From contig OZ251249.1 in the NCBI GenBank assembly GCA_965240325.2, forward strand, positions 558,001 to 622,000: a stretch of DNA of 64,000 nucleotides, read 5' to 3'. The notes below the pieces were generated by a model, which saw only the letters and a list, made by a program, of their open reading frames with translations, had not been told where the DNA came from and made no database searches. Positions 32,596 through 42,900 of the stretch are shown one piece after another. Positions within the stretch are counted from its first letter, which is position 1; every line of letters begins with the position of its first letter. This DNA comes from Rebecca billardiae RCC1528. Taxonomy: Eukaryota; Protista; Haptophyta. The translations under genes were made by a program, and so were the position numbers.

Positions 32596-33448
32596 GACCA
32601 GTTGCACGCGTGAGCGCCGAAAAAACGACACTTTGGCAGTGATAGTCACCGTCGCCGCCTCGGGCATGCCGCTGCCGCCGGCAGCAGCGGCAGCGGGAGC
32701 GTGGCAGCGGATCTACCACCTTCTGCGTTACACGCTGCGTCGTGCGCGCCAGGTGGCAGGTGTCCCCTGTCTGCCGCGCGGAAGGCAGCGGTCGGCGAGC
32801 GCAGAGGTGAGAAGGAAGGCGCGCACGCATCGTGAGAGCTTCAGCAGCTTGCCCACGCGCTTCACGTAGGCGGTGTTGTTGCGTGCGCACGCCTTCTGTA
32901 CCCGTACACGCGATCGCAGCGTGAGCCACTCCAGCCTGCCTGCGCATCGCGGGCCGAGCCGCCGGCGCCTCGTCTCCTGAATCCTCATTCACGAGGACAG
33001 CACGTGTATGTATCCGTGGCGCGCTCGCTGCCGATGGCGGCTCCCCGTGTCGAGGGCGTTTGGCTGGAGCCGCATCCAGGGCATATATCGTCACGGTCCC
33101 ACCCGATGCTGACGCTGAGGTGGCGCGCTTGCCGAAGGCAGCAGCATTGGCTGATGCCTTCTGCATTGGCCACCTCTGCGCGACCGCGCGTTCACGCTGC
33201 CGGCGCGCGGGCGGCGTCGCTTGGTGGGCACCTGCCTTGGGTTTTGTCGTTCGTTCTCAGCGACGGTTGGGTCGATTGACATGCCGATTGGATTGGGGCA
33301 TTGCGAATCGGCTTCGCAATGCCCCATTCCGCTCGGATCGGCGCGGGCGTCAGCCATGCGGCAGCGCGAGTGACAAAACCGACATTTCATACGCATACAG
33401 TATGTCGTTTTTTCATACGCTCACGGTTACTCACCCGTGCAACGGGTC
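32596..33448. mobile_element. 853-bp non-autonomous TIR element inserted in a (TATC)n microsatellite
   Basis: Left end GACCAGTTGCACGCGTGAG versus reverse complement of the right end GACCCGTTGCACGGGTGAG (17/19). A second inverted match GAAAAAACGACA lies further in, and TATC repeats abut both ends. Confidence 0.8.
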
Positions 33449-33488
33449 TATCTATCTATCTATCTCTCTCTCTCTCTGATGATGATGA

Positions 33489-34950
33489 TGGCCCGCGGTG
33501 CAGGGCGGAGCGCGCAGCGTGGAGCCCGCACCAGCGGGCCCGAACCACGTTTCAAAAAGATCTTTGATCAAGAAAAAAGGGACGGGGGACGATTTTCAGG
33601 GCTGGAGGAGACTCAACCAGCTATTGGCACACACCGTCTCCGCCTGCCGCCACTGCTACAGCGATCGGGCGCGCGCGCGCGTACGCGCGCGCGCGCGCGC
33701 TCGGTTGTGGCGCAGACAACCGTTACCGGCCCGCCAGGGACGGCCCCACAACCAGCACATGACAGCGTCAGTTGCTCGCCCCTGGCAGCCGAGCGGCGAC
33801 CCTGGGCACGCACAGCGCAGGCGAGTGCTCGCGCCGGATGCCCGTGCCGCCGCCCGCACCGCCGCCCACGCCGCCAGGCGCGTTGCTGCCCGTAGCACAC
33901 CTGGGGCGGGGCGAAGAGAGGGCAACCGCCATCGTGCGTGCGGCCACGGACCTCCCACGATGGTGGCGGCCGTCCTTGTGGACCACGAGCCCACGAATCC
34001 AAGAGCGTGCGGGTCGAGCGTCGCGTAAATCGACTGCGGCACACGCATGGCGTGTCTACAGGTGCGATACCTTTCACGCACGCGACATGGCAAGATGTTC
34101 CGGCTACCTCCGAGGCTTGCTCTACATGCGCGCCGATGCTCGATCGCAACCACCTGACGACGCGAGAGACCGCAGCGGCTTGCGCGCGCAGCCCCGGCGT
34201 GACGTACAATGCCATGCTTGGCGAGGACCAAAACGCATTGGGGATGAACCTCATACGGCTCTGGTCGAACACAGTGAACCACGATGTGTGAGCATCAAGC
34301 TGGGTGTCATCTACAAGTGCCACATGGCGGTCGGCGTTGCCGCCGTGGAGTTGCAAGGCGGCAACGACCGCAACGGCTTCACGCGCTCCATCCGTGGAGC
34401 CCAAAACATGCGGTGGTGGTCGAAAATCACAACAAGCTCGCTCTGGCGGATGGTGGCGACACTGCTACCGACCCCTAGGTGCAGTCGTACCATTCGGCAA
34501 TATGAGAAAATGTCGTCTACTGAGTCGTCCCTGTGGCTGTCCTGTGGCATAGGACCCAGTCCTATGGCACAGGACAGCAGTGGGATATCCGAGGCGTGCT
34601 CACTCATACCTTGGCTTGCTCGAGTGCCTCGGTCAGCTGGCGAGCGAGCAGCCCTCGCAGCAGCAGCGCGTGCCGACGCCGACGATCTCGCAGCAGCAGC
34701 GCGTGCCGACGATAGTCTAAGTCGGCCATGACTTCGACTGTACACAATCGGCGCCTCGCCGGCGGCTGCGATGGGCCCGCCCGGCCGCGCGGCGGGCGGC
34801 GGCGCGCCGCTGGAGTCTACTCGCTGCCGGGCTCGCGGCCGGGCGGGCCCACTCTCGATCGCGACGGAGGGTGCGACGGAGGGTGCACCGCCACCGCGGG
34901 CCCCGAACTACGTTCGTTCTACGGAAAAGGACCGCGGAACGCGGTCATAT
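33489..34950 (+). mobile_element. Candidate Helentron/Helitron2-like non-autonomous element
   Basis: GGCCCGCGGTG (33490-33500) is inverted at 34892-34902 and followed by the hairpin GACCGCG-GAA-CGCGGTC (34930-34946). The interior has lower GC and no gene-like codon pattern. An 11-bp GC-rich match could be chance. Confidence 0.35.
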
Positions 34951-35329
34951 TGAATATTTATTGATGATGATGACAATGTGAGTCGAGCACGGCATCACTC
35001 AGTGAGTCTGCTGGCACTCGTGGCAGATGTCGGAGTCCGCCGGACGCTCATCGCATAGTATGACGACGACGATACTGTGAGTGGCGTCACTTGATGAGTG
35101 GCCGCGGAGAGTGCACCGTCCACTGACCACTCCCGGCACGGATCGGACGAATTCACCGACTGCGCGCGGCCCGCCGATGGCCCTAGCCGGTGGCCGCCCT
35201 CCTCGGCAAGGTGCCCGATAAACAGCCAGCCCACCCGCGCCTGTGGCTGCAGGGGTGGGCTTCGCCAGCGCGCGCGCCAGTGCGCGCTGGCGCCGCGTTC
35301 AGCAGCCCGCTGCGCCGCGCGCTCGCTCG

Positions 35330-37252
35330 TCACTTCTTGTAGCCTCGCAGCCCGTTGGCGATCGCCGCCTTGTCAATGTCGTCAAAGTAGGGGTGGTTGA
35401 GGCCGTCCTTGGCGGTGATTCGCCCTTGCGGCTCGTAGATGAGCATTTTCTGCGCGAAGGCGCGCGCGGCGGCGGTGCGCGCGGTCAGCTCGGCACACGC
35501 CGCGCGCGCGCGGGCGCGGCGGTATGCGCGCGGCGCGCGCGCTGCATACCGCCATCAGGTCCGACGACTTGTCGTCGAGGGGCGGCACCGCGCTCTTGAG
35601 CGGCTTGGGCTTCCACGCGGGAAACTCGTGCTTGAAGTCGGGCAGCTTGGTGACGCCCGACCAGCTGCTCTCCGTCGGCGTGCCCAGCAGCCTGCGCGGC
35701 ACCAGGGCACGGCGGCGGGCGCGGCGCGCGGCTCGCGTCAGCCCACGCATCAAGGCCCTCGGCCAGCCCATCAGAGCGCGCGCGGGCCCGCGCGCTGGTG
35801 CCGGCGCTCGGCCACTCGGAGCGGAGCGCGCAGAGCGAGCGCGCGCGAGGGCGCACCGGAAGATCTTGAACAGCTCGTCAATCTCCGAGTCGCCGGGGAA
35901 CAGCGGCTGGCCGGTGATCATCTCCGCCATGATGGTGCCCACGCTCCAAACGTCCACGGGGCACGCGTACAGCTTCGAGCCGAGCAGGATCTCGGGCGCG
36001 CGGTACCAGAGCGTCACCACCTGAGCACGCGCGGCGTGGCGCGGCGGCGGTCGGCCGGCCGGTGCGCGCGGCGCGTCGGCTCACGCGGCGCGCAGGGCAG
36101 GCAGCCAGCCGCAGCACGGCGTGCGGCCGCGAGGTCGCGCGCCGAGGGCGTCGGCGCGCGCGCGGGGTGCCGCACCTCGTGCGTGTATGTCCGCAGCGGG
36201 ATGGTGAAGGCGCGCGCCAGCCCAAAGTCCGCCAGCTTGAGCATCCCGCTGTGCGGGTCGACGAGAATGTTCTGCGGCTTCAAGTCGCTGTGAGCGGCCG
36301 GTCGTGAGGGGGGCGGGCGCGGCGCGGAGGCGTGGGCATGAGGGTGTGACGGGCGCGGGGCGGCGGGCGGGGCCGGCTGTGTGCGCGGGAGCGCTTGCCG
36401 CCCCGCGCGTGACGGAGCGGCCTCGCTCGACGGACGGCCGACCGCCACGCAGCGGCGGCAGGCAGGCGGTGCAGCAGCGGCAGGCAGGCAGGCGGCGCGC
36501 GCGCGCGCGCGCGGGCGGGCGTGTGCGCGGGCGGGCGTGTGCGCACCGGTGGAAGATACGGTGTGAGTGGCACCAGTCGAGCCCGCGCATGATCTGAAAC
36601 ATGAAGGACTGCGGGGCGGGCGGGCGGCAGCGCGCGCGTGCGGGCAGCGCGCGCGTCAGCTCGCGCGCCGCGCCGCCGTGCCGCCACCCGCGCCCGCGCC
36701 AGTGCCGCGCGCGCGGCGGTTGTCGCGCGACTCGCCTTAACCTCAAGCGTCGGCAGCTTGTTGCCGTTCGCCTTCATGTACTTCTTGAGGTCGTAGTCGC
36801 AGAACTCGAAGCTCAGGTAGAGCTTGTTGTCGCCGTAGAACACGTCCTTCAGCCTGCGCGGCGCCGCGCGCGCGGCGCGCGTCCCGTGCGCACACGGCGC
36901 GCGCGCGTCAGCGCCGAGCCCGCGCTCGCGCCTGTCGCGGCTTGGCGCGCGCGCGCCGAGCTGCGCGGCGCTGGGCTCGAGCGCGGCGCGGGGCGGCGTG
37001 GCAGGGTGGCCGTGCCGCCCCCCACGCGCGTGCGCGCCCCGCGGCGCACCGGACGATGTTCGGGTGCTGCAGCTCCTTGAGGAGCGACACCTCGCGCAGC
37101 GCGGTCCCCGGCACGCCCTCGTCCTCGCCCTCGAGCCGGATCTTCTTGAGGGCGACCACCTCGCCGGTGGTCGTGTGCTTCGCCTTGTACACCACGCCGT
37201 ACGTCCCCTCGCCCAGCTTGTCCGTCTTCATGTAGTTGTTCAGCCCCGACAT
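35330..37252 (-). CDS. Cyclin-dependent kinase, CDK1/CDKA-CDKB group, PGTALRE motif (7 exons)
   Basis: [81 protein letters not shown]. Introns 36854-37049, 36609-36735, 36288-36546, 36021-36175, 35692-35856 and 35450-35549. Confidence 0.96.
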
Positions 37253-37553
37253 GGCGCCGCGCGCGTCCTCGCGCAGTGCCGCCACCCGCTTGCCTCAGCG
37301 AGTGCCTCGAGCTGTCCAACGAACGGTGCCTTTGAATGGCGAGTCCGGGGGCTCCGGGCGCGTTTGACGTGGCTCGAGAGCTGATTGGCCACCGCACACG
37401 CGTGCGGAACAAGGTGGCACCGCGGCGTGTCCGGCTCGCTCAAAAACCGAAAAAGCCGCTGGGCGTCCGGGCCGAGCTCGCTCGGTGGCGGCTGCTCGCG
37501 GGCAGCCAAAGCAAGAAGCAGGGCTGCCGCAGTGCGGCCATTCAACTCGGCGC
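37253..37553. promoter_or_regulatory. Putative bidirectional promoter between the CDK and the TPR/cNMP gene
   Basis: About 300 bp between divergent ATGs; contains AACGG (37322-37326), TTTGAA (37331-37336) and an inverted CCAAT (ATTGG, 37384-37388). Confidence 0.4.
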
Positions 37554-39963
37554 ATGTCGTCGGCGGCGCAGCTCGGCGCGCGCCCGGGGCAGTGCGGCGG
37601 CGAGCTGGGCGAGCAGCGGCGCTCGGTGAGCTTCGCCACCGAGCCCACCTACTCCGCCGGCCGCCCGGCCCCGGACGCCCACGCGCCCGGACCGGGTACG
37701 CTCAACTACGAGCACGAGCTGGCCCTCGCGCGCGCGTCGCGCGAGCGCGCGCTCGCGCGGCACGCGCGCGAGGGCGGCGGCGGCGGCGCGCCGCGCCGGG
37801 CGAGCGCGGGCGCGGGGATGGCATCGCCCCACTCGGCCTCCGCGGGCGCCACGCCGCTCGGCCGCGCGCACGACGATTACGAGGGCGCGCGGGTGCCGCC
37901 GATGGGACCAACACCCGCCGGCTGGGCGCGCGCGGGCGGCGCGCCGCAGCCGCGCGGCGTCGAGCCGTACGCGAGCGAGGGCTACGCGAGCCGCGCGCTC
38001 GCGCTCGCGCTCGGCGCGATGCCCTCCTCGCGCGAGCCGCCCTCGCCGCCGCCCGGCGGCGCCGCGACCGCCGCGCGCGCCGAGGCGCGCGCGCGCTCGC
38101 CCGAGGGCGCGCGCCGCCCTGTGTCGCCACTCTTCGACAGGCGCGTGCGCGCGTTCGCGTACTCGCGTGCGATGCAGCAGCAGCCGATGGCGCAGCCGCC
38201 GCCGCCGGCCGCGCCGGGCTGGGCGCCCGAGTACTCGCTGCCCGCGCCGCCGCCGCCGCTGCGCGCCGCGGCGCCGCCTCATCCCTCGGCCGCGCACGGC
38301 GCGGCGCGCGCCGCCTGGGAGCTGCAGCAGCCGCAGCCGCAGCCGCAGCCGCAGCAGCAGTGGCAGCAGCAGCAGCAGTGGCAGCAGCAGCAGCAGTGGC
38401 AGCAGCGGCAGCAGTGGCAGCAGCCGCCGACTCGGGCGCAGCACGACAGCACCGGATGGCATGCGCCCGGCGCGCCGCCGCCGGCCTCGCGCGTCGACCC
38501 GGCCGCCGACGAGCTGCACCGCCAGCTCGAGGTGCACCGAGCACAGCTGCGCGCCGCGTCGGCCGCGGCCGAGCAGGCGGCGGCCGCGGCCTTCGCGGCC
38601 TCGAGCGCGGCGGCGCGCTCCCACTCGCCCGAGTGCGCGCGCGCGCTGAGCATGCGCGCGGGCTGGGCTGCGGCGGGCGGGCTGCGCGGTGGCGGCGGCG
38701 TCAGCCCGGACAAGGTGCTCAGCGCCGCGTGCGCGCGCGCGCTCGGCAGCGGCGACCGCGGCGTGGGCGCGGCCGCGGCGGCCTCGGCGGCTGCGGCGGG
38801 CCCTGAGCCGCACGCGCGGCCGCAGGCACCGGACGCGCGGGCTAGCACGAGCGCCGCGCCGCCAGATCACGGCCGGTGGGGAGTCGGCGCCGCGGCCTCG
38901 CCACCCGCGGCGCGCGCTGCGGCCTCGCCGCCGCCGCCCGCGGCGCGAGCGCCGGGCGCGGGCAGTGTCTTTGGCAGCGGTGGCGCGCAGCGCGCCGCGT
39001 CGCCGCGGCCACTCAGCCCCGGCGGCGGCCCTGCGCACCCGAGCCCGCTCAGCCGCACGCGCCGTGCCGCGCGCATCCTTCGGGATTCGTTCGACTTGGA
39101 CGCGCGCGGCTCGCCGCAGGGCCCGGCGCACGGCGGCGCGCGCACGGCGGCGCGCGCGCGCGCGCGCTCGGCGGGCCGCGGGCGGGCGGCGCGCGGCGGC
39201 GGCGGCGGCGGCGCACGCGAGCAGCAGCAGACCGCGGAGCGGCGCGGCGCGCGGCCCGCCTCCGCAGGCCGCGCGCGCGCGCTGCGTCCCTCCGCGCCCG
39301 CGCGCACGCCGGCGCACGCGGGCGGCTCGCCGCCGCGCATGCCAAGCCCGCGCGCGCGCGAGCTCTCACGCCCGCTGCGAGATCGCGATCTCGTCGCGCT
39401 CACCGCCGCGCAGCCGCTGCGAGATCGCGATCTCGTCGCGCTCACCGCGTCTGCGTGCCTCGCGCCGCCGGGCATGGTCGTCGTGTCGTCCGGCTCATGG
39501 CCCAACTCGCCGCCGCCGCCGCCGGCCGCGGCGCCATTCACGCCGGGCGCGGCGGCGGCGGCGGCGGCGTCCGTCGCCGGCCTCGCGCCGACCGCGCTCA
39601 CCTGGGCCGAGCGCACCGAGCGGCTGCACGCCCTCCAGGCCGAGGTGTTTCAGACTCGGCCGGACGGCGCGTGGCAGCAGCAGCAGCAGCGCGGCCCGGG
39701 CGCGCGCGCGCGCTCGGCCTCCATCGCGAAGAAGCGCGTCGCCGCGGACACGCACCCACCGCCGCGCGCCGCGCCGCCGCAGCCGCAGCCGCAGTGGCAG
39801 CCGCGGCCGGGCGGCGGCGCGTGGGCGGCGGCGCCGCAGCACCGGCACACTTCGGCGCACCGCCCGACGCCGCAGCCGCAGCCGCAGTCGCACCCGCACA
39901 CACGCGGCGGTTGGGGCGAGGCTGAGGCGCGCGCGGCCGCGTGCCGCTCGGGCGGCGCGCGCC

Positions 39964-39995
<32 letters not shown>

Positions 39996-42900
39996 ACGCC
40001 CGGGCTGGGCGCGGCGCGGCGTGAGGCTTTGCTGGCAGCCATGCGCCGCGGCCTCACGCGCGCGCCCGACTCGATGCCGTCGCCGCCGCCGCCGGGCTCG
40101 CGCGAGCGGCAGCCATCGCCCCCGCGCGGTCTCGGCGGCAGCGCAGACGGCGTCGCCGGCGCCTCGCCCTCGAGCCCTCCTGGTCAAGTGCCGCCCGCGG
40201 CGCACCAGCCGTCGCCGACGCCGCCGCAGCCCGCGCCGCCGCCGCAGCTGACGGACGAGGCGGCAGGCGGCTGGTGCGTTCCCCTGCGCTCGTGCTCGCC
40301 GCCGCCGATGCCGCCGCCGCTCCCGCCGCCCAGCGGCGGCGCACGACCGCGGCTCTCGCCGCCGCCGCCGCCGCAGCCGCCGCCGCATGCGCACTCGGCG
40401 CCGCCGCCGCGCGCCATGGCTGCTAGCCCCGAGCGGCGCCGCAGCCCTCACGCGACGCGCGTGGACGGCGGCGCGCGGGCCGCGAGCGATCGGCCGTGGC
40501 CCGACGCGCGCGCGGCCGAGGCCGGCGGCGCCGAGAGCGCGCCGCGGCCGCCCGCCTCGGCGGCGGAGGCGGGCCGTGCGCCCGGGCGTGCAACCGCGAT
40601 GGCTGGCGCGGCCGAGGGCGGCGGCGCGGCGCGCGCCGCCGTGCCGGCGGCGGCCGCGGCCGCGGCGGCGCGCGGCGCGCTGAGCCCATCAAGGCGCGCG
40701 CCTCGCGCCGAGGACGCAGGGGACGCCGCGGCGGCCCTCGAGGCGCACGTGGCCGCGGTCGCGCGCGCGCGGATGCACGCCGACGTGATCCGCTCGGCGG
40801 CGCGCGGCGAGCCCGCGCCGCCGTCGCCCGGCCGCGGCGGTGGCGGCGGCGGCGGCGCGGTGCCGCCGCGCGCCGCGCGGTGCGCCGCGGGCGGTGGGAC
40901 TGGGGACGCGTCGGCGGCGCCGGCGCCGGCTGGGCCCGGGGATGGCGTGCTGAGCGCGGCGCGTCTCGCGCAGCTCCGCGCGCAGCCGACGAGCGATGTG
41001 CTCACGCGCGCGGCCACGCAGCCGGCTGCTGCTCCGGCGTCGCCGCCCGGCGCGGAGGCGCGGCAAGCGGTTGGCGGCGGCCATGCTGGCACGGCGGCGC
41101 GGGGCGGCGGCGCGGCTGTGCACACGCCACCGCACGCGCAGCTCCCGTCGCCTATCGCGCCCGAGGCGGCGCGCGGCGCGCACGGCACGCACGCGGCCGC
41201 GACCACCGCCGCGTGCGCCACGTCGCGCCTCGTCGCCGCGCAGCCCACGGGCAGCAGCAGCAGCCCTGGCGCCCTCATCGCCTTCTCCCCCGCCGAGCGC
41301 GGCGGCGGCGGCGGCGGCGCGGGGGCGCCGGGCGGCGGCGCGGGCGCGCCGGGCGCGCCGCTGCCGCCGCTGCCCGACGCGGCGGCGCGCTCGGTGCACG
41401 GCGGCTCGTGCGCGGGCGGCGCCGAGCCCGGCGGCGGCGGCGGCGGCGAGCCGCCCGCGCCCGACGCCGCGCCCGCCGCCGCCGTCGCACTGCGCCCGCT
41501 GCCCGTCTCGCCGCGCCCGCCGCCGCGCCCGCCGCCCACACCGGAGGAGCAGGCGGGCGCGCGCATGCATATTCGGAAAGGATCGGCACTCGAGGCGGCG
41601 CGGCAATACGAGCGCGCGCTCAAGGCGTTCCAGGCAGCGCTTGAGCTGGACGGCCGCGCCGAGTACGAACTCGCCGGTGCGCGCGCGCCGAGCAGACCCC
41701 CCCGGACAGCCAGCCAGTCCGGATGTGCGGGCCGGACCGCGAGGCCTGTTTAGCTGCGGTGTGTGTGCGCCGAGCGCTGCGCCTGAGCTCACGCGCCACC
41801 GCGCCGCCGCGTGCCCGCGCCCACGCGCCGCCGCGCGCGCAGTTGCGCGCATGCAGCTCAAGCTGGGCGACGCGGAGAGCGTGGCGGCGGCGCGCGGCGT
41901 GCTCGCGCGCCTGGCGGTGCCGGACGCCGCGGAGGCGGAGGCGGAGGCGGCGGCGGCGGCAGAAGCACACGAGGGCGAAATCGGCCGCGCCGCCGCGGCG
42001 CAGCGCATGTTGCCACAGGCGCGCGCGCGCCGCGCGCGCGCCGCCGCTCGCTCTGTGTCCGCGGCAGCCGCGCGCGCGCGCGCCACCGCGGCCGGTGGGT
42101 CGTGCGACCTCACGCGCGCTCCCGCCCGCGCGCCGCCGTCCCGCCGCCCTGCTCCGCCGCCCTCCCCGCCCGCCCTGTGATGCGCTCCGCGGCCGCGCGA
42201 CGCCGCGCGGCGCCGCACGCGCGCGGCGCCGTGCCCTGTGTGCGGATGCGGCGGCGGGTGCGGCGGCGGGTGCGCGCAGGTGGTCCCGCGCGCGGTGAGG
42301 GAGCAGGCGCGCGCGAAGCTCGCGGCAGCCGACGAGCAGCTGGCTGCACTCGGCGGGTTTGACATGCGCGGCGCCACGGCGGCGGCGACGGGCGCGCCGG
42401 CCGCCGCGGACGACGGCGACGACGCGGCGGCGGCGGCAGGCGGCGAGCCGCGCCGCGCCGGCGCCGAGCCGGCGGCGGCAGACTCGGCGGCGGCGGCGGC
42501 GGCGGAGGCGGCGCGCGCGACGCCCGCCGCGCCGACCACCCCGGTGGCCGGCACCTTCAGCCAGCTGATGAGCGTGCTGAGCGGCGGCCGCCGAACGAGC
42601 GCGCCGCCGGGCCAGCGCAGCGAGGCGGCCGCGGCCGCGGCCGCCGCCGCCGCCTCCGCCCTCGCGCGCTCACCGTCCGCAGGCGCGCTCGGCGGCTCGT
42701 CGGTGTCGTCGTCGGCGGCGGCAGCGGCTGCCATGGGCCCCCCACCGCAGGTGCCGCCGCGAGCGTCCCCGCCGCCGCGGCCGCCGCCGCGCCAGCATGC
42801 GCACGGCATGGCCAGCGCGCGCGGCCATGATGCGGACAGCCGCAGTAACGGTCAAAGTAACGGCCGCGCCGCCGCCACCGCCACCGCCACCACCGACCCC

